A stretch of 64,000 bases of DNA from a virus: the IMG/VR virus record IMGVR_UViG_3300020192_000008, positions 43,273 through 107,272 of that record, one strand, 5' to 3'. The first letter of the stretch is position 1, and each line of letters opens with the position of its first letter. Shown in pieces: positions 9,179 to 19,987 of this stretch. The notes beneath the pieces are model-generated. The model was not told the DNA's origin and did not search any database. It saw nothing but the letters and a program-made list of their open reading frames with translations. The translations under genes were made by a program, and so were the position numbers.

Positions 9179-11356
9179 TAACGCCTGCTGGAACGCCAGC
9201 GTCTTGAGACCCTCGATGACATCCTCGAGGTACTTCACGCACTTCTCGAGAGGGCCCTGGGGGATTTTCGAGAGCCCGAGCCTCGACGACATCAGCAGCT
9301 CACAGAGCTTCGCCTGCGTGCTGTTGATCTCCGGCAGGTAGGAGACGAACGTGTGGATGTTCTCGGGGTTCACGAAGCCGATGGAGAGGATCGTGTCGAC
9401 CGAGGTGGGGTCGGGGATGAAGGCCGCCTCCTTGAAGAGGTTGCGCTTGAGGTCGAAGGCGGGGCTCGAAGCGAGCTTCTCCTGGGACTTCCTGCGCGAG
9501 GCCATCTTCACCGACTCGGCAGGCTGGATGTGCCGGCCCACCCGGACGTCGACCGGCATGCCATGGGCAATCGCCTGGGCAAGCTTCGTCTGGGCGTAGC
9601 CGAGGTCTGTACCCAGGCCACCCAACAGGAAGAGCGAGTCGTCGAACGACAGGAAGTGCTTCTCGTCAGACGCCAGCTTGTCGATGGGGAAGCCCTCGAA
9701 CGAGAAGCTGTTGACGCCCCCCGCCCTCACGGTCACCGAAGCAAGCTTCCGCTGGGCGTGCGCCACCTTGTTCCCGCCCTCAGGGGCGCTCACCAGGACA
9801 ACGCTTTCGGCCTTGCCCATGCCCATCCACTTGTAGTCCTTGGGCAGGAGGAACGTACCCTCATCAGCCTGGGTGGGCTTCTGGATGTTGGGCTGCAGAG
9901 AGACTGTGCACTCGCGACCATCGTAGGTCTCGACGTGCAGCTTCTGCTCCCCGTCCGTGACCTTCCCCTTGATGGTCATGGGGATGGTCGCCTCTGTCTC
10001 GTCACCACTCTGACGAACGAACACGCCGGTGCCCGTGGGGGAACCGAACATGAGCTCGCCGTTGGTGCTCTGCAGGCTACCGGCGATCTCCGGCTGCACA
10101 GCCGCCGCCGACCCGTTCGTGAACAGGGCGATGGGCAGAACTGTGCCGTCGAGGTCAGTCAGGTTGGGGAATACGAGCCCCATCATCTCGGTGCCCTCCT
10201 CGTTCTGCACCTTGTACGTGCCGAACTCGGTGATGGGCTTGAGGTCTGCCAGCGGGGCGCCTTCACCCACGGCATCGTCAGTGACGGTGACCGAGCCATG
10301 CTCATCGGCATCCTGGGCGAGCTTCACCCCGAAGTGCTTGATGATGTCGCCTCGGCTGACGGAGTGAGCCTCCTTGACCTGCCAGTACTTGTGGTTCGCC
10401 TCCTTGACCCGGTAGCCCACGTTCTCCTTCGAGACCTGGATGACCGAGGGGCGGATGGCGCTCTCCATCGAGGAAGCCACCTTCTCGCTGGTCACCTGGT
10501 TGGTGTTCCAGATCTTGTTGATGGAGGGGAGGGTGGCGTGGGCGTTCTTCACGTACGCCTGTTGAACCCCAACGTCCTTCATCTCGTGGGCGAAGGAAGT
10601 AAGGTCGGAGCTCAGTGCTGTCGGAAGGATGGCCTCGAGCAGAGAGGCTGACTTCTCCACACCAGTCAGGTCATGACCCGAGGTCTTGAGGTCAGACTCG
10701 TTCGGGTCCTTCTTGAAGCCCTTGAGCTTCTTGGCATCGACACCAAGCACCTTCGACAGGCGCTCTGCGAACTGCGCCTTGTTCTTGTCTTCGGCCGTCT
10801 TGGTCTCAACGTGCAGCTGCTCACGCAGGTAGTACTCGAGATCTGAGCTGGTCTTGCCCATCATCCCGCCGGCGCCACCCATGCCGCTGCCATCCCGGTG
10901 GGGCGGGTAGATCTGACTGGCCATCGACGTGTCACCTGGCGTCTTGCTGGTGACATCGAAGGTCTGTGGGCGGAAGAGGGCTTCCTTCAGACGCCGCTCG
11001 GTGAGGGGAAGAACCTTCGAGTCACCAGTAACGATGAGGTCGAGGGGCTGAAGCTTCTTGTCCTTGACCACCACCGGGATGCGAACCGACTTCACGCCCA
11101 CGGCGTCCTTGGCCTGGTCGCTTGCGCCTTGCTGCAGCTCGGTCTTGTTGGAGATCTCAATGTGGCCGAATGCAAAGCCACGCTCACCATCGATTCGATC
11201 CATCACCGTGTGAGGCTCGAAGTCCGAGATGAAGGGGATCTGCTTGTACGCTTCCTGCAAGATCTCCTGCGACCACTGGTTCGGGTCTTCAGGAAGAACA
11301 GTCTCAGCGGCCGTCTTCTGGATCGGCAGGATGGAGTCGAGGTAGAGGTTCGTCAT
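9179..11356 (-). CDS. Large head-associated protein rich in K-x-A-S motifs (725 aa if TTA is stop)
   Basis: QKTAA, EKSAS, EKVAS, RKLAS, DKLAS, VKMAS, EKLAS. Ends TTA GCC TTA just before the next GTG at 9171; the standard code overlaps that gene by about 500 nt. Confidence 0.7.
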
Positions 11357-11366
11357 CGTTCTTCTC

Positions 11367-12020
11367 TCAGGTTCCTGTCGCCAGGGTGGCCTTCATGGCT
11401 GCCCATGCGGTTGGGCTCTTAGTAACGAGAATAATACCGGAGCATACCTCGGTAGGGGCAATGCTGTACGGGCCGTAAGAAAGGCCTCCGGTGAAGCTAC
11501 CGCTGATCGACGAGCCAGCTGAAGACAGCATTACGTCCTCGAACGAGAGCAAGAACACCGGTCCTGCGCTCAGGCTTGCGGCCAGTTGAGCTGCAAAAGA
11601 CACGGCCGGAAGCTTCACTGCAAGAGAGCCCTGGATGAGTGCTTCAAGTCCGCCGATCTGAATGGCAAGAGCTGCAGCCAGGGAAGCCATGGCGGAGATC
11701 TGCCCAGTGGCTTCAACAGAGATGGTCGGGATAGCGCCCGATAGAGCCAGGGCAATCTGAGCTTGTAGAGCTGCGATGCCAGCGAGAGCAATCTGAAACC
11801 CGAGGAACGGGTTGGAGATGTTCAAGCCGATGTCAAAGCTTGCCTGCAGGGCTGCTGAGAGCTGCGCCTGGAAGTTGGCCTGCAGGGCCCCAAGACCCAG
11901 TGAGCCAAACAGGGCGAAGTCGATCTGAGCAAGCAACGGGTTCAGGGCCAGGAGAGATGCCTGGGCTGACACGTTGATGGAGCCCAAGGGGGCAGCGAAT
12001 ATGACGCCGTTGTAAGCCAT
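11367..12020 (-). CDS. Ala/Leu-rich virion (baseplate-associated) protein
   Basis: 217-aa hydrophobic helical ORF following the spike-like gene. Confidence 0.55.
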   Translation of the reverse strand: MAYNGVIFAAPLGSINVSAQASLLALNPLLAQIDFALFGSLGLGALQANFQAQLSAALQASFDIGLNISNPFLGFQIALAGIAALQAQIALALSGAIPTISVEATGQISAMASLAAALAIQIGGLEALIQGSLAVKLPAVSFAAQLAASLSAGPVFLLSFEDVMLSSAGSSISGSFTGGLSYGPYSIAPTEVCSGIILVTKSPTAWAAMKATLATGT

Positions 12021-12023
12021 GGT

Positions 12024-13220
12024 TCAAACGAGGCACGATGCTTCGCCCGTGAGGATCATCCCGAAGAGAACAAGGGGAGGACTTCCAGGAACGGGTACTG
12101 GCGTAAAGGGGAAAGTGAGTTGCACCAATGCCCCCTGAGCAGCCACGGGCTTGGAGCCCTTGCCCAGGCGAACAATGCTTCCCTTGACGTGGGCCAGAGC
12201 TCCGCCATCGAGAACCATACCGTTCTTGGCCTTCATCAAGATCTGATTCTCGCTCTCGAGAGTCAGGTCTTCTTTGCTCTTGATGTAGATCTTCTTCTTC
12301 GAGGTGAGAGCCACGTTGCCCTGCGCCCTGAGGAAGACGCCACCAGCCTTGTCGAAGAAGAACCTCATGACAACCTTGTCACGGGTCTTGTTGTCGATGG
12401 GGTCCCCTGTGTCTGCGTTGAATCCCTTGGGGGCTATCACGCACTCAACCACGATCTGCTCCTTACCGATGCTGAGCAAGTCGAGCAGGCCCTGCTCACC
12501 ACCATCACCCGATGGCTCGATGATGGGGTCATGAATCTTGCCCACCTTCACCCGAACATCTGCCTCTTCATCATTGGCCAGGATGCGAAAGGTGTGGGTG
12601 TACTCGCTGGGTAGGTCCTGGTAAGCCGGGCCTTCTTGGATGCCCCAAAGAACAGACCCACCGTGGTTGTGGTGGGCATAGTTCTTCGTCATCTGCATCA
12701 ACGTATCGGTGAGCGGGATGTAGATGCTCTGGCAGATCTCCGAGCAGCCGATCTGCAATACACCGCCCCGATGAAGGATAACGAAGTTGCCATCCCTCGT
12801 ACGGAACCAGATGTCACCCGGCTTGGCCTTGGGCCTACCCCCTGAGAAAGTCGCGCTAGTCGAGCTCTTGTTCGGCTGGTTGTTCGACTGCGTTCCCTTG
12901 GGCGCGTCCGGAGCTGCCTGGTCGTTGTACTCAACCGGCATGATGAACGAGCTCACGTAAGGGGGTGAGCTGTCGGAGGGGACGGTGACCATGCACTTGG
13001 CACCAACCTCGGGGAAGACGTAAGCGCCCTCCCCGTTGTTGTAGTGCAAGTACATGCTGCCTACTTGGATGCCAGCAAACCTATGCCGGTCGAACTGGCT
13101 GATGACATCCACCGTCCAGTTCGCCAGGTTGACGCCGACGATCTTCCCTTGAAGAACGTACGACTCAACGTTCCCCTCCATGAAGGTGAACGAGGTGCGG
13201 AAGCGTTGGATGCCTTGCAT
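12024..13220 (-). CDS. Baseplate central spike (gpV/gp5-like)
   Basis: N-terminal OB-like region (GKIVGVN...FPEVGAKCMV) and C-terminal short beta-strand repeats. Confidence 0.55.
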   Translation of the reverse strand: MQGIQRFRTSFTFMEGNVESYVLQGKIVGVNLANWTVDVISQFDRHRFAGIQVGSMYLHYNNGEGAYVFPEVGAKCMVTVPSDSSPPYVSSFIMPVEYNDQAAPDAPKGTQSNNQPNKSSTSATFSGGRPKAKPGDIWFRTRDGNFVILHRGGVLQIGCSEICQSIYIPLTDTLMQMTKNYAHHNHGGSVLWGIQEGPAYQDLPSEYTHTFRILANDEEADVRVKVGKIHDPIIEPSGDGGEQGLLDLLSIGKEQIVVECVIAPKGFNADTGDPIDNKTRDKVVMRFFFDKAGGVFLRAQGNVALTSKKKIYIKSKEDLTLESENQILMKAKNGMVLDGGALAHVKGSIVRLGKGSKPVAAQGALVQLTFPFTPVPVPGSPPLVLFGMILTGEASCLV

Positions 13221-16200
13221 CAGTAGCTGTGCTCCGACACGTTCTCGAGGTGCTTGTAGCCAGGCAGCTTCGACTGGTTCTTGTTCAGACCAAACTCAGC
13301 GCCGTAGGCAATCGCGGGGATCGGGTGGCTGCCGTGCAAGTTGCTCTTCGACCGCATGGCTGCGCCCTCGGCGATGGTGTCGCGGAGGTTGCGGTGCTGC
13401 AGCTTCGCCATCCAGTCTTCCTGCAGTTCGAGGGGCATCATGTTGACGCCCTTCAGAACAGGGGTGTGCTCGATGGGCTTCTTGCCCGCTTTGGCCAGGT
13501 CGTTGTTCATCTTCTGCACCATGCTCAGGGGCTGGAACTCGCCGCGCAGAATGCCCTCTGAGTCCCCAGGATGCACGACCTTCGTGAGGTTTGACATGGC
13601 TTTGACGACTACTTCGACATGGCGGCGCTTGATGCCCTCGTCCTTGTAGAGGGAGTACATCTCGCTTACGAGGTGGTTCTGCACCTTGTCGATGGAGCCA
13701 GTGGCCTTGTAGAGGTCGTGCGGGTTGAGCACGGTTCGGTGGGGGTCGGACAGAGACTGCCCAGCCTCGATGTGGTCACCGATCTTGGGGGGCGCCCAGC
13801 TGAGCAGGTTCTCCTGGCCTGGCAGCAGGTGGTGCAGAGGCATGCCTGTCTGGTCCTTGCCGACATGGTGAGGGCGCTTGCCGACCCACACGTTCACGCC
13901 CGTCGCTGTGTTCTCCACCTTCTCCACCTTGCCCGAGACCATGGCCAGGGAGGCCGCGTTGGGGATCTTCTGGGGGAGCATGGCGAGCTGCTCGAAGCGG
14001 CCGAAGCCCGACACAGCGGCTGAGGCACCACCGGCGACACCGCCAGTGTGGAACTCCTTCATGGTGAGCTGCACGGCTCGCTCACCGAGCGTGTGGCTTG
14101 AGAGCACCCCGATGTTGTCGCCGATGTTGTGCATGTGGCCAGTTGAAGACAGGCCTACGCACTTCTGGCAGATGCCCTTCTCATGCTCACACCGCAGCGG
14201 GCTACGCACCACGATCTTGGCATTCTTATCGGCGGCCTTGATCTGCGCGACCTTGTCGGGGGTGAGCAGCTCCCCGGCCTTGATGTGTACGTGCCCAGCC
14301 TTGAAGTCGGAAGCCAGCAGGCGATCGTGTACATCCTTCTCGTTGATGTGCAGAGAGATGCCCCTGGTCGTCCCGCAGTCGGGCTGGGTCACGAGGATGT
14401 CCATCGTGTTGTTCTGCAGCAGCTTGGACATGTAGCCAGGTTCCTGGGTCTCCTGAACCTTCATGACCGAGCCCCTGCGAGCTCCGTGCATCTGCGTCCA
14501 GTACCCGGCCATATCGAGGCCTTCGGAGTAGCTCTTCGTAACAGGCAGCGGGATGACCCTGTTGTTCGCGTCCGTGAGCAGCATGGGCGCAATCTTCATC
14601 TGCTTGTACTGAGCCCACGACGGCTTAGCCCCAGCCTTGTACATGATGTACAAGTTGTCCATCTTCTTGTCGGCTTCGATCTTGTGGGCGTCGCCGATCT
14701 CCTTGTCGGCCTTCATGTAGATGTCAACGATACGACGCTCCTTGTCGTTCTTGTTGACCCTACTAGCCCGAACAGCATCCGCCTCCTTGTGAGCGCCGAC
14801 GAGCACCTTGTCTCGACCGATCTTGTCCGTCTGGAAGTCGGCAAGAGAGAGCGTGTGCATGCCCGTGGGTACGAAGATGTTCTTCTTCGGATCGTTGATG
14901 TTGTGAACACCAACGTTAGGCATGGGCACGGTCACCGTGCCGAAAGCCGAGTGGTTGCCCACGTCCTTCAACATGTTGACTGACTTGTCGAACTGATCCT
15001 TGTGGTCTTTGCCGAGCTTGGTGAGCAGTGACTCAAGGCCCTTCTTATCGATACGCATCTCCAGGTTGTGGAGAAGGTCTGCTTGCATGCCGAGCGGCAT
15101 GGTAGTAGCGAGAAGAACCCGGCCAGCGGTCGTCTTCTTACCGTTGAGAGAGACCACGTCGTTGTAGTGGAACTTGCCCCCTCGCACGGCGTCAAGGATG
15201 TCGCCAGGAGTCTTGAACGTATGGCTCGTTTCTTTACCAACCATCGAAAGCTTGTAGAGCCCGATGGCCGAGTCGAGGGTGGGGATGAACGCCACCCGCC
15301 CCGTGTTCTCCATGAAGATATTGTTCGACGGCTTCATGCGGTGCGCTTCGGCAACCGCGTCCCTGTGGATGGGGACGAAGACGCTCATGGTGTCTCCGTC
15401 GAAGTCGGCGTTGAACCCACCGCAGACAAGCGGATGGATCTTGATGGCGTTGCCCTCTACACGCTTAGCCTGAAATCCCTGCACGTTGTACTTGTGAAGG
15501 GCGGGGTCACGCTTGAGCAGGATAGGTCGCTCTTCCATCACGGAGTCGAGGGCCTTGATGACGCTGGGATGATCTTTCTTCGTAAGGAGCTTCTGCGCGT
15601 CGAGAGGGTTCGATGCCGCACCCATCTCCTGAAGCTTCTTGACGATGAAGGGGCGAAACAGATCAAGCGCGTGGTCCTTCGGGAGACCGACCTCATCAAG
15701 CCCCAGCGAGGGCTCTGGGACGATGGTCGAGCGCATGGTCAGGTCCTGCCGCTTCTGGACGACGGACTTCTGGAAGTACCCGTTCTTCGGGGAGGCACCG
15801 GAAATCTGATGAAGGAGCCCCTTGTGCTTTGCCTGAGCGTAGGGGACGTGTATCCCGATGACAGCCTTGACGCCGTCGTAGTAGTTCTGACGAAGCTCCT
15901 TCTTCATCTCGTCGGTCAAGTGCCGCGCCAGCGTCGGGTCCTTGAGCTTATCGTTGACAAGGGCGAACTCCGAGTACAGCTGGTTGATGTCGGCGTACTT
16001 GATGTTGCCATCAGCCATCGGGGACGCCGGCCGAAGGACTGGTGGGATGATGGGCATCTTCGTCATTACGTAGGCTTCTGATGCGCCTACGCCCAACTGA
16101 TCGAGAGCCCTGAGGTACTTCACCTTCTTCAAGACCGGGTCAACCTTGGCCATGGGAACGGAGTTGAGCTCCTTCATCCCGGCGGCCAGGTCCTTCTTCA

Positions 16201-19200
16201 CGTCGACCTTCGAGAGCAGGTGCTGGATGGCCCGACCACCGGTGTGGGCTGCGTCCTTGAGCTCGACGATCTTCCCCTGGTGGTTGATGCCCGACTCGCC
16301 GTGAACGATGGCGTCGAAGTCCTTCTGGGTCAGGCCCGTGAGACTGCGGATGGGGGCCTCGAACACTGGGTTCGGCACCGGCTCTGCGAGATCGATGTGG
16401 CTCCACTTGATGCCGCCGTGCCCACCGGTGAGCTTCTCATCAAAGAGACCACCAGGCCTGGGCTTGAGCTCACCGGACTTGTCGACCTTGGCTTCGAGGC
16501 GTTCAGCTGGCTTGGGCAGGGCCCTGCCAGCCGAGAGCTCCATCACATGCTTGTCCGTCAGGGGCGAGAGGATGAGCTCGTGGCCCTTCTTCTCGATGTT
16601 CACCCCTGAGCCCTTGAGCATGTCCTCGAACTTCTTGAAGGCGAAGGTGCTCTTGGGCGTGGGCAGAGGAGCGCCTGTCTGGATGGCGTTCCACACCTGC
16701 AGGTGCTGGCTTGGCCACTTCTTGCTCTCGTTGGTCTGGGGGTCTTCACCCTCCCCCTTCCACGTCTGCATCTCCCGGATGTTCGCCTTCGCCCCGTGGG
16801 CAAGCAGGGCGTACATACCGAGTGAACCGATGCGCTGACCTGAGCCGGGCTGCAGGTTCTGGTCATAGCGGTCACGGTTGGGTTGACCTGGAAGGCCCAT
16901 GCCCGAAGCCACGGTGACCTTCTTGTCGACCTGGTGAACCAGCTTGAGGATGTGCTGGTGACCCGTCATGGCATGCCCCAGTGATTGCCCCGTGACCGGG
17001 TCGATGAGCTCCTCGGTGTCGTGCAGGCCGTGGCTCTTCAGCTCCGCCTGCACCTTCGCCACCATGTCGACGTCCTTCTGAAAGGCCTGAACGACGTAGG
17101 GCTTACCCGTCTTGATGGCGATCTTCGACGCTGCCGTCTCGAGCAGTTGGCTCACATTCATACGACCAGGCACGCCCGTGGGGTTGAGCGCTACCTCGAT
17201 GGGCTTGCCATCCTTGCTGTGGGGCATCTCATGGTCGGGCAGAACCATGGTGACAATGCCCTTGTTGCCGTACCGACCGGCGAGCTTGTCGCCTGACTGC
17301 ATGGGCTCGTGCGTCTTGACGTGTACCTGCAGGCCACCCTTGCCATTGGTGACAGAGACAACTTCCCCCTCAACCTCTCCCTCCCAGCGCAGGGACTTGT
17401 CGGCATGGCTGCCGGCCAGAGACTTGCGGATGGCCGAGACACCCGTCCTGTCCTTGAGCTCGAAGGGCTTCATGGCCAGGGCCAGGGGATCTCCAGGGGT
17501 GACCTTGGAGCCAACCTTGATGACGCCGTCGTCACCGAAGTTGACCAGCTGCTCCTTCTTGTAGACCCCGGGGTGTTGGATCTGAAACTTGCGGGTGCTC
17601 AGGATGGTGTCGGTGTCGACGGGCACCGTGTGCTTGTGCAAGTGCATCGAGGCGAGCTTCTTGGAAGCCGTCTCGCTGATGACAACGCCGTCCTCGAAGT
17701 TGTACCCCTTGAAGGGGATGAAGGCGACGCGCAGGTTTGAGCCAAGCGCGAGAACGCCATCCTTCGAGTAGTTGGTGTCAGCGACTGTCTCGCCCTTCTT
17801 CACCTTGTCACCCACCTTCACAAGAGCGCTCGAGTGGAGCACGCTCTTCGTGTCATTGGTCGGGTAGTGGTTGTAGAGAGGGACGTCGTGCTTGTCGCCG
17901 TTCTTGTCCTTGATGACGATGTTGTCAGCGTGGATTGAATGCACGACACCATCAGCCGTTGCTTGGTGCGAAGCCTGGCTGCCAAGCACGGCCTCGAAGC
18001 TCTGAAGGCCTGGCGTGTAGACGCCGGTGCCCACCTGAACGAGAGGCGCTTCTCGGTTGACGAGGGAGATAGACTGCTCGATGTGGCGGGTGGCCATCGA
18101 CACGCGGTTGCCCGAGCAGTTGTTCATGAACGGCACGAGGTTCGATGTCATGTTGAACACCTGGCTCGAGTGCTTCATGACGTAGTGGGCATCCTTGAAG
18201 GGGATGGGGCCCATGTCGTTGTCGTCTTGGGCGGCCTGCACCGTCTTGCTCAGTGGGACCGGCTTGCCGTTCTCCCACTTCACCTGGTCTGCCAGCACCA
18301 CGCTTGACTTCATGAACAGAGCAGGGGGGACCAAGTCCATCTTGCCCGTCTTGAGGTTGTACAGGGGGACAACAGGATCGTTACCCAGCTTCCGTACACC
18401 GAGAGGCAAGCGCAACGTCACGCCAGTCTTCGAGCCTTCGGGCGTGTTCACGGGATCGAGAAAGCCGAAGTGGCTCTTGTTGAGCATCTTCGCTTCGTTG
18501 GTGACAGCCTGCTCACTCTGGATGCCGCCCGAACCCATGATGGTAGTCTGCATTGCAGAGCTCATCATCTCGACCGGGTTGATCTGAGAAGCCACACGAG
18601 CTGCAGAGTTCTTGTGGAACGACTGCTTGATCGGCTCGTTGAACATCTCGAGCTTTACGATCTCCCTGATGTCGCTCTTCGAGTTGATGTTCCTCGATGC
18701 CTTCATGGCGATGGTTCGACCAGCCGCCTTGATCTTGTCGTGGGCGAAGTCTCCAGCTGAACGCAGGTCCTTGAAGATGAGGCTGTCCCGGTCATCCTCT
18801 GGGTGACCCGCCTGCACCTTGAGCATCTTCTGCGTCGCCAGGTGCAAGGCCTCACCACTCACGTGATCGATGGGCTTGCCCAGCGTGACGGACGTAGCGT
18901 CAGTACGCATCTTCGAGTTCTGCATCGCCTCGAAGAAGTGCGTCTCAGCAACCTCCTTCGAGATAGGTGCCTCTTTGCGGTCTGACTTGTAGAAGCGCTC
19001 GAGCGTACCGGCGGCACCACGGGCATTCTTGTTGGCCGCGAAGATCTCTTTGCCCCAGCTCTTCTCGAGATCGTCGTCAGAGATGCCCATCGTCTTGATG
19101 AGCGGATAGAGCGGCAGTTTGCTCTTGTTGTACTCCATGTAGAACTGCTTCGACTTCTCATCGAAGAGCACATCGAATGGAGCCTTGCCCTGAACGTTGA

Positions 19201-19600
19201 AGCGTGTCTCGAGCTCACCGTTCTGACGACGACGCGTGTAGGCACCGGGCTTGAGTTGCCACTGATTGTCGACCTGGTACTCCTGCCCATCCATGATGTA
19301 GGAGTAGCGCTGAGTCTGACGGGGGATCTCCGCGATGCGTACGCGGCGTTGATCCACCACTTTGCCAGTGGCGTTATCAACGAGACGCATGTGCCCGTAG
19401 ACTGGAGCAGAGAAGCTGCCGCCGTTGATCTTCGCCTTGTGTTGGACCCTCAAGTCATCGGGGTGTAGCTCATCCTTTACTTCAAGCTTGTCAAGGTGAA
19501 GGGTCTGCACCTTCCCCTTCATAGGGAAGTTCGTCTGGATGCCTTCCAGCGTTCTATCGCGGAAGTGCTCGAACGCTTCTTGAGGGTCTAGATGAGCCAT
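13220..19600 (-). CDS. rpoBC: DNA-directed RNA polymerase, fused beta + beta-prime single chain
   Basis: Beta motifs: GYNFEDG, GDKLAGRYGNKG, LNPTGVPGRMN, GQRIGSLGMYALLAHGA. Beta-prime motifs: LLKRDPALHK, catalytic NADFDGD, bridge helix (GARRG...PGYMSKLL), trigger loop (GERAVQLTMKEFHTGG), RHVEVVVKAM. Confidence 0.95.
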   Translation of the reverse strand: MAHLDPQEAFEHFRDRTLEGIQTNFPMKGKVQTLHLDKLEVKDELHPDDLRVQHKAKINGGSFSAPVYGHMRLVDNATGKVVDQRRVRIAEIPRQTQRYSYIMDGQEYQVDNQWQLKPGAYTRRRQNGELETRFNVQGKAPFDVLFDEKSKQFYMEYNKSKLPLYPLIKTMGISDDDLEKSWGKEIFAANKNARGAAGTLERFYKSDRKEAPISKEVAETHFFEAMQNSKMRTDATSVTLGKPIDHVSGEALHLATQKMLKVQAGHPEDDRDSLIFKDLRSAGDFAHDKIKAAGRTIAMKASRNINSKSDIREIVKLEMFNEPIKQSFHKNSAARVASQINPVEMMSSAMQTTIMGSGGIQSEQAVTNEAKMLNKSHFGFLDPVNTPEGSKTGVTLRLPLGVRKLGNDPVVPLYNLKTGKMDLVPPALFMKSSVVLADQVKWENGKPVPLSKTVQAAQDDNDMGPIPFKDAHYVMKHSSQVFNMTSNLVPFMNNCSGNRVSMATRHIEQSISLVNREAPLVQVGTGVYTPGLQSFEAVLGSQASHQATADGVVHSIHADNIVIKDKNGDKHDVPLYNHYPTNDTKSVLHSSALVKVGDKVKKGETVADTNYSKDGVLALGSNLRVAFIPFKGYNFEDGVVISETASKKLASMHLHKHTVPVDTDTILSTRKFQIQHPGVYKKEQLVNFGDDGVIKVGSKVTPGDPLALAMKPFELKDRTGVSAIRKSLAGSHADKSLRWEGEVEGEVVSVTNGKGGLQVHVKTHEPMQSGDKLAGRYGNKGIVTMVLPDHEMPHSKDGKPIEVALNPTGVPGRMNVSQLLETAASKIAIKTGKPYVVQAFQKDVDMVAKVQAELKSHGLHDTEELIDPVTGQSLGHAMTGHQHILKLVHQVDKKVTVASGMGLPGQPNRDRYDQNLQPGSGQRIGSLGMYALLAHGAKANIREMQTWKGEGEDPQTNESKKWPSQHLQVWNAIQTGAPLPTPKSTFAFKKFEDMLKGSGVNIEKKGHELILSPLTDKHVMELSAGRALPKPAERLEAKVDKSGELKPRPGGLFDEKLTGGHGGIKWSHIDLAEPVPNPVFEAPIRSLTGLTQKDFDAIVHGESGINHQGKIVELKDAAHTGGRAIQHLLSKVDVKKDLAAGMKELNSVPMAKVDPVLKKVKYLRALDQLGVGASEAYVMTKMPIIPPVLRPASPMADGNIKYADINQLYSEFALVNDKLKDPTLARHLTDEMKKELRQNYYDGVKAVIGIHVPYAQAKHKGLLHQISGASPKNGYFQKSVVQKRQDLTMRSTIVPEPSLGLDEVGLPKDHALDLFRPFIVKKLQEMGAASNPLDAQKLLTKKDHPSVIKALDSVMEERPILLKRDPALHKYNVQGFQAKRVEGNAIKIHPLVCGGFNADFDGDTMSVFVPIHRDAVAEAHRMKPSNNIFMENTGRVAFIPTLDSAIGLYKLSMVGKETSHTFKTPGDILDAVRGGKFHYNDVVSLNGKKTTAGRVLLATTMPLGMQADLLHNLEMRIDKKGLESLLTKLGKDHKDQFDKSVNMLKDVGNHSAFGTVTVPMPNVGVHNINDPKKNIFVPTGMHTLSLADFQTDKIGRDKVLVGAHKEADAVRASRVNKNDKERRIVDIYMKADKEIGDAHKIEADKKMDNLYIMYKAGAKPSWAQYKQMKIAPMLLTDANNRVIPLPVTKSYSEGLDMAGYWTQMHGARRGSVMKVQETQEPGYMSKLLQNNTMDILVTQPDCGTTRGISLHINEKDVHDRLLASDFKAGHVHIKAGELLTPDKVAQIKAADKNAKIVVRSPLRCEHEKGICQKCVGLSSTGHMHNIGDNIGVLSSHTLGERAVQLTMKEFHTGGVAGGASAAVSGFGRFEQLAMLPQKIPNAASLAMVSGKVEKVENTATGVNVWVGKRPHHVGKDQTGMPLHHLLPGQENLLSWAPPKIGDHIEAGQSLSDPHRTVLNPHDLYKATGSIDKVQNHLVSEMYSLYKDEGIKRRHVEVVVKAMSNLTKVVHPGDSEGILRGEFQPLSMVQKMNNDLAKAGKKPIEHTPVLKGVNMMPLELQEDWMAKLQHRNLRDTIAEGAAMRSKSNLHGSHPIPAIAYGAEFGLNKNQSKLPGYKHLENVSEHSY

Positions 19601-19661
19601 CTTTGTGTCTCTGGTGAGGGTACTCCACGCGCAAGAGTCGGTGCAAGGTACGCTTTTTCAG

Positions 19662-19670
19662 CGGCATAAG
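19662..19670 (+). promoter_or_regulatory. Candidate phage promoter motif CGGCATAAG
   Basis: At the head of a plus-strand unit; the same or similar GGNATAAR motif is at 29282, 45749 and 54715-54722 (-). Confidence 0.4.
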
Positions 19671-19715
19671 GACTTTGATTGGGCACTAGCGCTCAGTCTC
19701 AAGGAGATGCGAAGC

Positions 19716-19808
19716 ATGAGCGACAAGAAAGAGCCAACCAAGGGAAAGTCCTTCGAGAAGAAGGTCGAAGAACTCTACGGAAGCGCAGGAGCAAAGAAGA
19801 AGACCTGA
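19716..19808 (+). CDS. Small Lys-rich protein
   Basis: AAGGAG SD at 19701; TGATG coupling to the next ORF. Confidence 0.45.
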   Translation: MSDKKEPTKGKSFEKKVEELYGSAGAKKKT

Positions 19809-19987
19809 TGTTCGCGGTCTTCCTAACCGGGGCCATCGCCGGCTTCTTCAACGGCGTGTACCTGTGGGCGACCACGAAACTTCGTTATGCTGATTCACCC
19901 ATTCCTGCAGAAAGAGAAGCTGAGGGTACACCAGGGAACGAGGCTCCTCCAGGAGACTCTGGGCCTGGTCGGCAGGGCCCTGTTTGA
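19808..19987 (+). CDS. Small membrane protein
   Basis: MFAVFLTGAIAGFFNGVYLWAT transmembrane segment; coupled start; overlaps the next ORF by about 100 nt. Confidence 0.35.
   Translation: MFAVFLTGAIAGFFNGVYLWATTKLRYADSPIPAEREAEGTPGNEAPPGDSGPGRQGPV

Noticed and set aside
19885-19889. TTATG at the start of ORF 19887 (also 45755-45751)
   Set aside because: The TTA is not in frame with any called upstream gene, so it was not counted as evidence for the TTA stop.
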